Assembly: GCA_001179505.1 (NCBI GenBank)
Contig: CDMY01000458.1
Location: forward strand, 8,505-72,504
DNA length: 64,000 nucleotides
Direction of reading: 5' to 3'
Source of the DNA: Vitrella brassicaformis CCMP3155
Lineage: Eukaryota; Protista; Chromerida
The translations under genes and the position numbers were made by a program. Below, one piece after another: positions 24,051 through 37,100 of this stretch (its first letter is position 1; each line of letters starts with the position of its first letter). The notes under the pieces are model-generated. The model did no database searches. It saw only the letters and a list, made by a program, of their open reading frames with translations, and was not told the origin of the DNA.

Positions 24051-27000
24051 ATGGCATCCCAGTCCTCCAAGAGGCCTTTCACACCCGCACCATCCGTCAC
24101 TTCAGCTAAAAGACCCGAGTCAGCTCTTCTCAAACCGGTGAAGGCGCCCATCGCCCAGCAATGCCCCTTCGAATTGGTCAGCATCGGCGTCTCGCCCAAC
24201 ATGGCGTCTTGCCGCCTCGGCACCGCCTTTCGCAAGACCAACGAGGGAGCAAAGCGGCCGCCGACGGAGAAGGGGACGAACCTGCGTGGCAAGGAGGAGG
24301 GAGAGGGGCGGAGACGGAAGAAACGCATGACGGTGGCGGTGACGAGTCAGGTGATGGAGGGATTGCCGGTGCCCAAGGAAAAGGACATATACGAGGAGTT
24401 CACCAAGGACGGCAGGGTGCACCTGGCTGGGGCGGGGCTGATCCAGGAGCTGCTCAAGGCGTCAACTGGGGGAGCCACCGACGCCCAAAAGGTCTGTACG
24501 TGCTCCAAGAGACCAACATGCACCCATGAATCGCCTCCATTTTTTGACTTCAGGTCCCGACTTATGAGGCTGTCTGTCCGCCTGATGCGGACAGTGCCAT
24601 GCTCCCCCTCCAACAGGAGCCACTCCAGGACGGTGAACGGCGAAGAGACCAAGAGGAAGAGCCTGTCGCCCCACCTCCGCCCCCCCGCACACCCACCCCT
24701 CCGCCATCTGCCGCGCATACCGGTTGGAGGCGGCAGCTGGAGGTGCTGACGAGCATATCGTCTGCATACGGCTACAGTTGGGGCAAGGAGGGGCCTGTCG
24801 GCAAGAGGAAGAGCCGGCCGCCGACGAGCGGTGGGTGGAAGGTGCTGAAGGGAAGGCGCGAGCAGGATAGGGATGGGGACAAAAGGAGGGTGGAGGAAAA
24901 GGCCACGACGTACACTCCCCGGGCGGTGAGAGAGCGGATCGCAGACAAACTAAGGAGGTGAGCGGGGATGAGACGGAGATTACAGGTGCGATCCCTTTGC
25001 TCTGCTGTTCTGCTGCAGCATGTTTCCGTCCTGTCGTTTTCTCCTCCGTGAGCTGCTCATCACACCCGCCGTCTCAAACGCTTCAATCGTGCACCAACTA
25101 GACGACGCACTCCCGTCCGCCTCGCCAGTGAGTTCACATACACAAACACATACACATACACATCGATCTCGACGGAAGACCAACTCATCTTTGCCGTGAT
25201 GTCTCCTTTCAGGCGCCTGTTGACCTGTCGCTGGCGACACAGACGGCGCGAGACACGATCCCGCCTTCCACTCCGCCCACCACTAGGCCGCCATCGCCCC
25301 CGCAGACGTGCCGCCCATCACACGCCAAGGGGGGCGGCTTCGAGGCGCCCAGGAATGGCGGCCGCCCCTTCATGCTCCTCTTCCCGAGATATGATGTCGT
25401 TGTTATGAGTGAGCGGACTGACCGTCGGGAGAGGGGCGGGGGTTTCCATGGGACGTGATGATGCGTTGCCTGTCAGATGCGCGGCTTCCCCGGACGCGGT
25501 GCTGCAACGCGCCGGTTTTGTGCCGTTTTGACGTGTCGGAGGGCCTCAGCATCGCATGCACACAGCCAAACTGCCAGAGTATGCGTTCTTCAACTTAACA
25601 ACCACACTCCTCACCGATCCTCTCTTTAATTCCTCAGTCCCTGCCCTGCCGATCGAGCCTCTTCCCGTCTCCCTTCGCTACGACCTCTGGGGCTCCCACA
25701 TGAAGTACAATGACGGCCTTCTGCCGCCACTCGGTACCCACTCGCCCCCACAGACGGAGAGGCGGCGACCCCCCTCCGCCCACTCGTCCAGCTGCGCCAG
25801 CGACACCCACGAGGACGCATCGAATCGGATGTGGGCCTTCCAGATGCCCGCCAAGGGGGTGCCCACACAGCAGCAGGGGCGGCTGGGTGTGAGAGGGAAG
25901 CAGCTGGGCGAGAGCGCGCCGTCTTCTCCCCGTGACAAGCCGACGAGGAGGGGAGAGCGGCGCAAGAGTGACAACGGGCAGCTGCTGCAGGTCGAACGGC
26001 CAGAGATTGGCGGGGTGGTCGGCATGTCGATCGTCCGCAGCTCGGCGACGATCGACGCCGCCTCGCCAATTGAGAAGACCGCCGATATTGTCAACAAAGA
26101 GCAGGAGGAGACAGTCGTGGAGGCGCCGCCACTGGCAGCGCCAGAGCGAGAAAAGGGGAGGCCCGCGACCGCTGCTGCGGCTCCAGGCCGGGATCAAGAG
26201 CGCGCAGAGTCGCCTCATTTCGACCTCAATGAGCTCCCGGCCTTTCGCCATGGCAACCGCACCCCCACCCTCCCTGCCAACCGCGCCAGGCACCCCTCTT
26301 TCGCGGCCCTCGAACGAGCATTGGCAACGGCCGGAGACGAGAAAACGAAACCATCAGGAGAGGGAGGCAAGAATGGTGGTGGGGGTGCCAATGGTGGTGA
26401 CCGGAGCAGGCACAGCAGCCAGAGTTCGCTGATCCTCCATAGCGATGCAGAGGGGCCGCTGGTGCCCAAGGGTCATGGCACCACTTCCACCCCCGTGATA
26501 TCCCCGCCCCGCAGCCGGCCGTCGACGCCATCTCTGTGTGAGGGAGATGAGATGGGGCTGCGGGAGAGGCCACGGAGCGCTCCTGACTCGGTGTCACTGA
26601 TGAGGAAACGGCTCCATGAGGTGGGTGGGTGTGGTGTGAGGGAGAGAAAGACATGGTCTTGTGCCTCATGATTGGTATGGTGTGTGGTTTGTCTCACTTC
26701 TGCAGCTCGGTTGGATGGCTCGCGCCAACACCACAGACACCTACCACACCCCCACCATCCCCCTGGTCCACCACTTCCCCCCGGCACCCGCCCCACACTC
26801 CCCCCCACTCATCCAAAATCACCACCTGCACCAGCAGCAGCAACTCAGGGGAGACATCGAGCCGCCAAGGGGAGAGACATCTCCCTTAGGCCGCGTGACG
26901 CCGTCCTTCCCCCAGCCAGAGCCGTCACAAAGAGAGGAGCAGCCAGGCGGCACAACCGCCCTGGCACTGTCTCTCCCTTTGCCAGTGAACCTCTTCACCC

Positions 27001-28126
27001 GCAGCATCCCCGTCACGGCTGCGCAGAATCAGAGTGCACGTGTGGCCGGCAGACCCACCCCACGGCCGCCGAGGGGCCGCCGGACATTCCTGCATTCGCA
27101 CGAGGGGGCGGCCGCGACGGTCCTTCCCTTGCCGAAGCACCGATGGGGGATGCCGCTCGTTCCTCCACTGGCCAAGATTGCCCGGCCCAACGAAGACCTG
27201 GAGCAGGCTGACGAGCATGCAGATGAGAGGAGGGGGCTCACTGCGCGGCCGCACACGTCGAGGACGGCAAGGAAGGCCGCCTTGGTTCGTGGGGGTTTGG
27301 GAATTGGGGATCGGTTTGAGTACCAGCCTTGTGTGGGGGATCGGCCGCAGACGAGCCGCGTGAGCAAGAAGTTCAGTGAGCGGCCCTTCTACACACCCGT
27401 GAGGGAGGCAGGGAGAAAGACATGCACTGCACTGCACGAGAGACAGACATGAACGGGGCAATGTTGCCTGTGTGTGTGCGTGTGTGTGTGTTCAGGAGGT
27501 GGTGCACGGCCCTTCGATGGAAAAGCTCAAGAAGGTATAAAAGACATTGCCACCCGGGGACGATTAGCAAGTGTTCTGTCCTCGTCTGTCTGTGTTGATT
27601 TAGGCGTTTGAGACCGCCCTGACGTACTCGCGACCGGCCGCGCGCCGATTGACAGATGGCTAACCCCCCACCCACCGACCTCAGCCCACCCCACCTTCCC
27701 TTGGTTACATAGAACAATGTAGAGTTTTGACCTATCGCAGAGGTGCGTGTTGACGCGTGTGTAAGGTTTGTTTTGTGTCTGTCGGTAGCACACACACTTG
27801 CTTGGTGCCACGATGGTGGTGGTGGACACATCAAGACATATATATATGACATCAACACAGAAACGTCTGCCAAGTTCTCGCGAACGGACATGCCGCCTCC
27901 TTGTGTGCAATTTGACCGTTTCAGCATCGAGCTGGAGATGCATCGCGCCCTTGAGAGCATGGCGCTTTGCACCCACAGGCCGATGACGTCACGGTCAAGC
28001 CACACACGAGGCGCTAGCACAACGATAGGTTCACACACCAACCACACTCTCTTGGCAATGAGACGACGGTCATTCGCTGTCCGTCCTCCGCCTTTTCCCC
28101 ATCGAAGCCGCCTCTGGCGTATTTGA
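24051..28126 (+). CDS. Large low-complexity Pro/Ser/Arg-rich protein of unknown function (multi-exon)
   Basis: Long consecutive + strand ORFs (24051-24749, 25556-26671, 26661-27452, 27743-28126) with GT-AG junctions; no domain recognised. Confidence 0.5.
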
Positions 28127-28329
28127 ACAGGGGCGACACGACTGAGGGCAAGGGATCGAACAAACAGCAGATCACCGTCATTCACCATATGTTCTTTAGT
28201 TGGTTCAACACGCTCCCCGGCAGCAACGCCCTCACGACAAATAAATCCTGCTCCTCTTTGTCTGTCTCTTATCTCTCTGCGCGGTCATCTCATCCTTGGC
28301 ATCTACTAGGCATATGCGGATCAATCACA

Positions 28330-28405
28330 TCACCCGTACATATCCTCCTGAAACCCCGGCCCTCGGCTCGGGCGAAGATGGTCATTGTCGGGATCGATGC
28401 CCCTG

Positions 28406-28452
<47 letters not shown>

Positions 28453-29318
28453 CGTTTGTATGCACACGCCGCCACACGTGTCCCCCCTCTCACCTGCCGG
28501 GAAACGGCCCCAAGGGGTCGAATCGGATGTTGCCCCGGCCACGCCCAGCCCCCACTCCACCAGGCATCCCGCCGCCGAACATGGGGTCGCGGGGACCCAC
28601 CAGATTGCCGTCAGGACCGAAATACCTGCACACACCACAGACACCTCAGTCCGTATGCTTTGTGTGTTGGCTGCCACATGCTCAGTGACTCACCCGGGTC
28701 CGCCCATGCCGAGTGGTGGGTCTCCGAGGTCGCTGTCGGGCCGCCATGGGGGAAACCGCTCGTCGCGCAGGGGGTCGCTCATGGGGGGCGGCTGGGGAGG
28801 GGCCGCAGGATGCGATGCCGACGCAGCGGGCTTGGTCTCACCTGACGTGGCCAACGCACACACAGAAGCGTTGGCTGCAGGCGTGTGTGTGCTAGAGGGG
28901 GTGGGGTGTAGTTTACTTGTTGCTGCTGCAGCGGGGCTGAGACGGTCAACAATGGCGCGGCGAAAGGCCGTCTCCTGCGAATGGATGGATGGATGGACGG
29001 ATGACACACACGTCCGTATCATGCGCTCGGTGATGTGACGGGACCTGGTGTGTCGTTACTTACGATTGCTTTGAGGTCCTTGAAGGCATCAACGAGCGAA
29101 CCGTCGGCATCTAGATGAGCTGTCAGATCTTCACCCTTCTTGGCCAAAACCTCAGACGGTCTGAACCACATCACAGCGAACAAACAGAACGGTCACGATA
29201 CCGATACCGGAGATGTCCTGTGTGTGTGCGTGCGTGTGTTACGTGATCTCATAGTTGAGCAGCGCCGATTCCTTGCCGCCACTCAGTGATTGCTCTGAAC
29301 CACACACGCACACACGCA

Positions 29319-29352
<34 letters not shown>

Positions 29353-29863
29353 CGTTCAGCCACTCGTGTGTGGACGCCGTTGCTGCTCATGTGGCAGGCA
29401 CATGTGACGTACCGACAGCATGAACAGACAGCGTGTTGCCGATGACGATGGCCTTGACGACCGCCCGGCTGACGCCCTGCTTGGACGGCGGGGTGTAGTT
29501 GAAGGCGTACGCATCGCTGTTGGCATTCCACGACGGCAGCAGCACCACCCTCACCACACTCCCGTCACCCGCCTTGCTCATGCCTAGTCACCAGAGAGAC
29601 ACCCAGGCAGACACACACACAGGAAGATGATCTATCACCGTTTTGTCTCTCTCCTGTTTGTGTTTGTGTTTCTCTCTTTCTGCCCGGCTGTGTCTGCCGC
29701 TGATGTGCTCATTGACTGACTCCCGGTATGGGATACCTCCAGCCTCGTCGGTGCATTCGAGCGTGTATCCGCTGTCGAGCAGACAGCCGTGCAGCGCCAA
29801 CACACAGCAGTCGGTGGCTGACCGGCACCCAGCCAGCTTGGACAAGGCCTCTAGCTGACGCAT
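28330..29863 (-). CDS. PSMF1: Proteasome inhibitor PI31
   Basis: FP domain segments (CVLALHGCLLDSGY; LLPSWNANSDAYAFNY; AVVKAIVIGNTLSVHA) and Pro/Gly-rich tail (DPLRD, GNIRFDPLGPFPG, DPDNDHL..QEDMYG*) match PI31 architecture, including the C-terminal xYx motif. Confidence 0.9.
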
Positions 29864-30026
29864 TTCTCCTTTCCTTCTCTCCTACCAATTGCGAGCTGCA
29901 AATGATTCGTCTCTCTAAGCTCGCACTTGAGAGGGAGGAGGGAATAGGAGGGCCGGATCTTACGTTGATTACAAGCGGTTTTGCGATTCCCTGTTGAGCA
30001 GAGATACCATCACACCACCGCAGCAG

Positions 30027-31659
30027 ATGTCGTCGATGCGCTCCCTTCGTCTCGCCCTCTTTGCCCTTGTGGCAGTGTGCACCGCCGCGCCCGCAGCAGA
30101 CCAGGCACACAAGGGCGGTACGGACACGCCCACACGTACACACAGCAAGTGGTGCCTTCCGCCTCCCTCTCACCCTGTGTGTGCGCACTGTGTGTGTCGT
30201 GTTGTGTGTCAGTGCCTGCGAGTGCCAAGAATGTGACGACTTTCGGCAAGAGCGGCCCGTTCGCCAAGCTGGACCCCTTCCTGCTGCGGGCCTACAAAAA
30301 CTGGCAGGACCGGCCCTCACCCGGCAAAACCAGCACCACCACAACCGCCACCAGCACCAACAACACACGTACGCCCTCACACACGAGAGGGGGGGTGCTT
30401 GGGTGCACTGTAACTCTCTCTGTCTGTCTGTCTGTCTGCCTCTCTGTGTGCCCCAGAGGCGGACACGCTGTCGTTTGTGAGGGAGACCGTGACTGTGGAT
30501 GCTGTGGCGGCGGGTGAGGTGGCGGCCCTGCAGCAGTCGCTGGAGGCCGTGAGCGAGGAGGAGGTCGTCTGCTACGGCCACGTGTGCTCCGCACAGGTGG
30601 CCGTCGAGAGGGTGCCTGACCTTGCGCCAATGACGGAACTCAAATCTGCCAGCCTCGCTATGGCCAGTGAGTCGACGCACACACACACAGAGACAGGGAG
30701 AAGGGGAGAAAGGAATCCTCTCGTGTGTGTCAGGTACAGTTGTAGACAGGCCAGTGACAACTGACGACAACAACACCAGCACCAGCACCAGCACCACCAC
30801 AGCCTCAAGCAGCAACCCCAAGCCCGCCAGCAAGCTGGACGCCACCCTACGCAGCATCTACCAGCAGCACGTCTCCAATGGCACCAACACAGGGGCCAGC
30901 TCCCTCTCCACCATCCTCCCAGAGGCCGCCATGCTCTCCAACGATACCGTCACCGTCGACGCCGTCGCAGCCGAGAGGGACAACGCCACGGCACTCAAGA
31001 CCGACCTCGAGGCTCTCACCGGCCAAGAGGTGTCATGCTACCAGCACATGTGCTCGGCCAGGGTGCCCGTAGGCGCGATAATGGAGCTTGAGGACATGGA
31101 AAGCCTCGCCTTCGCCCGAGCGGCCATGGCCACCACACACCCAAACCCAAACCAGCCAGTGGGTGTGGGCGGCATCGGACGGGACCTGTACACCTCGGCT
31201 GCTGCGTCACCTGAGGCAGATGCAGCAGCAGCAGCTGAGAAACCTGAGTCGAAGCTGGACGGCACGCTGCAGCGGCTGGCGAGCGACTGGAAGGGAGACA
31301 GAGAGGGAGAGGGAGAGGGGGCGACGGTGCTGGGAGCCACGGTGAGAGACGGCCACGTGACTATCGACGCAGTGGCTGCGTCTGAAGCCGAGGCGGCCGA
31401 TCTGAAGACCAGCCTGGAGGGGCTGACCAGCCACTCGGTCGTGTGTGTGAGCAAGATCTGCAGCACCAACATCCCTCTGAGCGCGCTGGCGGGTTTGGAG
31501 GAGGTCGAGAGCCTCGAGTATGCTCGACCGAGCAAGATGGTGCTGCGTGGGTCGTCCCAGGACATCATGGGGGCGCGCGGGTCGCAGGGCATGCAGGGGG
31601 CGATGGCGGCTCGGGCGGCGGCTAGGATGAAGAGCCACAACAGCCTCAGGGCACCCTGA
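30027..31659 (+). CDS. Secreted protein of three tandem subtilase-propeptide-like domains
   Basis: Signal peptide MRSLRLALFALVAVCTA; three repeats of (A/S)KLD..L...VT(V/I)DAVAA..L..LE.....C...CS.......L..A separated by Thr/Ala-rich linkers; stop at 31659. Confidence 0.75.
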
Positions 31660-33212
31660 TGGCAGACAGGCTGGCTGGCCGGCAGCCGTAGATTGATCAA
31701 CGGATAGCCATCTGGATGGATGGATGGACAGATCCGTAGCGTAGATAGTCAGTCTTTTTTCGGTGCGGTGTGGGTGTGTCGTGGATAGCCAGGCAGCTAG
31801 ATGTCTAGATTTGTGGAGCCTTTACGCGAGGCAGACCCGCACAATGACACGGCAGATTGACAGATTGACAGATGAACACNNNNNNNNNNNNNNNNNNNNN
31901 NNNNNNNNNNNNNNNNNNNNNNNNNNNNNNNNNNNNNNNNNNNNNNNNNNNNNNNNNNNNNNNNNNNNNNNNNNNNNNNNNNNNNNNNNNNNNNNNNNNN
32001 NNNNNNNNNNNNNNNNNNNNNNNNNNNNNNNNNNNNNNNNNNNNNNNNNNNNNNNNNNNNNNNNNNNNNNNNNNNNNNNNNNNNNNNNNNNNNNNNNNNN
32101 NNNNNNNNNNNNNNNNNNNNNNNNNNNNNNNNNNNNNNNNNNNNNNNNNNNNNNNNNNNNNNNNNNNNNNNNNNNNNNNGCGGGGGGGGGGGCTGGGGAT
32201 GAGCAGAGAGGCTTGGGCGGGTGAGTGAGTGTGAGTGGTACTGTAGCCTATAGATTTGTGTCGATAGATACAATGTTGTCTATTCTATGCCGAGAGAGAC
32301 ACACCTGTGTGTGTGTGTGTGTGTGTGGGTGTGTGTGGGTGTACGTCTATCTTATCTAATACATGTGTGTCGTCTGTTGATCCATCCATCCATCCATCTC
32401 AATGCAGGTGTGTGTGTGCGTGTGCGAGCGCATCAGAGAGAGAGAGAGAGTATGCGTCAGTCATTAATGTCAGCCACGAGACAGTAATTCACCGGGAGGG
32501 AGGGAGAAGGAGAGAGATGCTGTCGATATGATGTATGATGTTCTAGGGGGAGGGGTGGGGGGGCGTTTTGGTCAAGGTCAGTCAGGCAGCCAAGCAAGCC
32601 ACCAAGTTGGCACGTCCATCGGTGTTGGTGTGTGCCTTGTGTACGTCAGTCACGTCATGCAGCAAGTACAGTACGGTAGAGGCAGGCAGGGCAGGCAATG
32701 CAGTACACACAACTCCTTTTTCCTTTCTCTCGCAGCGTCCAGCCATCCATCCATGGGACGCTAGAATGGGTATTTGTTGAGACGGACGTGCAATGGGTGG
32801 GTGTGGGTACCTGTCACACACACTCACTACTACTCACTCACACACACACTGCATGTCGCCACCCATGCACACCACTCACTCGGAAGAACTGGGAGGGAGG
32901 GAGAATTCCCTCTGCCTGCTACTGACTGACTGCACGGTATGATTGATGATGGTGCGATGCATGACAAGAGCTGATGGATTGTATACGAGATTTATTTAAC
33001 ACACACAGTTCACAACCCATACAAGCTCTACCTACGCATGTATGTGTCTGTCAACCAACGATTAATCGTTTCCTCACACCCCTCAAGCCATTCACCGCAA
33101 ACACACCACACACACATCAGGTGTGCACACACAGGCAGGCCTTTGAGCCCACTACTACGTACGTATCCGCCCCTGCCCACGGTCCCCCACCGCCCCCCTC
33201 GCCATGCCATCA

Positions 33213-33976
33213 TCAATCATCCTCCTGGCCTTCGTCAGCCCACGACGGTGTGTGCGCCGCAGTGCTGCCCGCCGTGGCCGGCTGGGTGGTCACTGCAGGC
33301 GACATGCGTGGCCAAGGCGACGGACCCGCACCACCCCCACCCCCACCAACCTGGGTACAAGAGAGAGGGGACGTGCCCTGAGTGCCTTCATGTGTGTGTG
33401 TGTGTGAACTGACCAGTTTGGTCGGTGACATCATCATGTTCATGTCTTGGATGTCTTGTGTCTGTTCGAGGAGCATGGCCTTGACCTCGGGCAGCTTGCC
33501 GGCTTCTCTGCGGAAGCAGTCGAAGCACCGGGGGGCGGCAGACAGCTCAATCAGCTGGCGATGGTCGAAACGCTCGGGGCCTGCCACACACACACAGAGA
33601 GAGAGAGTGGAGGGCAGAGAGAGACATTTGTGTGTGTGGGGAAGGAAGGTTGCAGACAGACATACAAGCCAGGTTAGTGAAGGGGTCGGCGGGATCCATA
33701 ACGAGCGGCCGCTGGGCCAGCAGCGGACCCCAGATGTCACCGTACTGCACTCAACACAGTATGGGATGAGTGTGTCTCTCCCTCCCTCTCTCCATCTCCC
33801 CCTCCCTCACTCACCTCGTAGGCGGCGAGCTTCGCACTCTCCGGCAACTGCTGCTGCTGCTCCTTCTGGTGTGCAGTATCAGTGTCGTTGTCAGCCCCCC
33901 ATGTGAGGTTGAGTGACGCGAAACCTCGACACACCTCAAACACTCCTGCCACCACACACAACAGACTCCCCTGCAA

Positions 33977-34009
<33 letters not shown>

Positions 34010-34067
34010 TGAAGAGAGAGAGTAGACTCGCTGCTTTGTGGCCTTTTTCGTGCGGATTGCCTGCTGC

Positions 34068-34105
<38 letters not shown>

Positions 34106-37100
34106 GTGGTGCCGTAGTTGGTGTGCCGCATGTATGCCGAGCAGCTCCAGCAGGTAGTCCGACGGAGTGGTGAGCGCACTCGACCACGGCTGCCGCGACG
34201 ACCACAGATGCACCAGACGCATCGCCTCCTTCACCTGCACACACACACACACACGTGGGTGTGGGGGGCATGGGGGCTTTGGGCGGAGGGGATGGGGGGC
34301 CGGTACATATTTGTTTTGCTGTGCGACGATCTGTGTGGCGTGTTTGGCGGATGCTGGGGTGAGGTAGTGCCTGAGGTGCTGGGGGGTGTCCCGCACACAC
34401 GACCACAGCGAGGAGGGCGTCGCATACACGGGGCTCAGCTGAATCCTGCACACCACACCACCACGCAACTTTGCTTCTCCCTCCCTCCCTCTCTAGGCCC
34501 TTTCCGACCTTATGTGCAGCGGTCCGGCCTTGTCGATCATGTCCCTCTCCTCGTCGCCCAGCCCGTCGACATCTCTGCGGACGGGCTTCTCCGGCACCAT
34601 CTCGAGGCACACACCACTCCCGTCGCCGCCCACACAGAAGTTGCCCGCCTGGTGGGAGGCCAGGTGCACCTGCAAGATGGCCTGCAGTGTCTCGAGGATC
34701 GACGGCAGCCTGACAGACAGAGAGAGGGGGAGAGAGGGAGAGGGAGAGGGAGGGGTGGGTTTAGGGTGTGTGGGCGAATGTGATGGGGCTTGGCTGTACC
34801 GAACCGACCATTTGTGGTGGTCTTTGTGCGGCAGCTGCTTGACCATGAGGACGATGAGGGCGTCGGCCTTCTCCAACGTCACCAGACCCTTGCCCACACC
34901 CCCACCTGTGTGTGTGTGTGTGTAGAGTGTAACCACCACCAAGACACAGACAGTGCTGTCTCCCGTGTGCTCTGTGTGTGTGTGTATGTGTGTGTGTGTG
35001 TGTATGTGTGTGGAAGGGGTGGCTAGCGCACCTCTGACGACTTCTGTGACGGCGAGAAACGACTGCGTGGCGAGGATCTCGCAGAGAGCCGACACACTCG
35101 ACTGCACACTGCACACATGGACAGATAGAGACAGAGGCAGCAAAAGAAAACAGTGCTGTAGTGGATGTGTGTGTGTGAGTGTGTGTGTGTGTGTGTATAC
35201 GTCTTATAGTGCGCCTTTGACGCATATTTGTCGTGGATATCGTGGAGAATGTCGTCGGTCAGCTCCAGCGAATACATACGCTGCAGCAGCTGCCTGTGCA
35301 CACACACACACACACACACATATATACAGAGAGAGAGACACAGACACTCACCTTTTCATAGCGCCGGGGGACGGCTTCGTCTCACCCACACCGCCACCAG
35401 CACCAGCAGCAGGGGCAGGCAGCCTGCACAAGCAAAGCAAAGCAAGGCCACCATATCACATCTATGGCGGTGTGTTGATGTCGATGTGTGTGTGTGGGTC
35501 ACTCACTTGGTGGTGTCGTCTGTATCTTTCCCGTCCCCCTCCCCGTCCCCCTTGTTAGTGCGAGTATCACTGTCCGTGTGGGCGTGTGTGTTGGCGTCAG
35601 AACGGACTGGCCTCTGGTGCAGTGCCACCATGCTGACACATAGAGAAGCTCAATTATCGGCTGTGTGTGAGGTGAGATGTGAGGGGGTGTGGTGAAATAT
35701 ACCCGTTCCCGATGAGTCTGAAGGTCTGTGGGTGTCGCTTGAAGAGCACTGACGGCCGCACACCCACAATGGCTGCACGCGCGACACACACATACATACA
35801 CACACACACACATAGACACGATGGCTGCACCTTGGACACGTACCACTGACGGGGGTCTTGTGTTTCCTTCTGAAGGTGTCGCAGAGGGCGGACACCTGCA
35901 CACCATTACTCGCCCCTGCAAACACCAACACACACACGTATGCCCCGTGTGTGTGTGTGTGTACCGTGTTGCTCCTCGATCAGTTTGGCCAGCTCCTTGA
36001 CGACGGCCGGCTCATCCTCAGGCACACTGCGATCAGGCCTCTCACCACCACCACCACCACCGCCACCACCACCGCCACCACCACCGCCACCACCACCGCC
36101 ACCACCGCCACCATCAGCAGCAAACTTGCCGTCTGCACACACACCATACCGATGCCCCCAACACATACACACACACACACACACGGACGCGCCCGCCCAC
36201 CGGTGTGTATGTGTCTGTGCAGTGACGCCATCGGGGGCTCAGCGTCGCCCCTGAACTGAAACAGCTGAGGGTTCTCACACAAGTAGGCCGCCGTCGGTGT
36301 CCCCAACACACTCGACAAACTGACACACACACACACACACACACAATCAGCGGGGGATTTGGCGTGAGAGAGGCGTGTGTGCGCACCTGCAATGGTGCTC
36401 CAGCTCGAAGCGTCGTTCGAGGTCTGCAACGGACATCGCCCCCTCCGCACCGCTCAATATCACCTGCCCCACACACATCCATCCATCCATCCATCCATGG
36501 CTCCGGCACACACACGCACGATTGGGTGTACTGTACTCCTGGACTGACCTGGACGGCCTTGAGCACGTCGCCATGCTCCCACTGATACTCACCATGCCCA
36601 CTCCCACTCTCACTCTGATGATTACGATCGCCCTCTCCCTCTCCCTCGTCGCCCCCACCACCCTCCTGCAAGTCGCCGTACCCCGGCGGCGGACACTCGT
36701 CGTCCACACCCACCCCCACACCCATGCCACACACCCCCATGCCCCAGTTCATAGTGGTGCTGCCATGGTGGCCACTGTGGCTGCTGCTGTAGGGGGCGAG
36801 GTAGGCCTCGGGAGTGTAGGCGTACGGCTGCTGCTGCTGCTGCTGGTGGTAGCTGCACTGGTAGTGGTCATCCTGCTGCAGGTGGTGGCTGTAGTGGTGC
36901 ATGGCTGGGTGTGGGTGTGGGTAAGGGGTGGGCGGGGGGAGTGGGGGCATGTTCTGCGCCTCTGGGCACCTGACCAACCATCGGACACGGCACACACACA
37001 CATCTTTGCGTTGCGTGTGTGTAGTGATGTGTTGTGTCTGTTGGGCTAGCTAGGTAGCTACAGGGAAATGATGAAGGAGGCGCCCCCTCCGACGGTTCTG

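Noticed and set aside
31880-33200. Possible S8 catalytic domain downstream of the propeptide gene
   Set aside because: No D/H/S motif exons are visible after the gap, only microsatellite-rich non-coding sequence. The gap content itself cannot be excluded.
36046-36113. (CCA/CCG)n tract read as poly-Pro or poly-Thr ORFs on the + strand
   Set aside because: It is the poly-Gly linker exon of the minus-strand LOTUS-OAS gene; the + strand ORFs are shadows.
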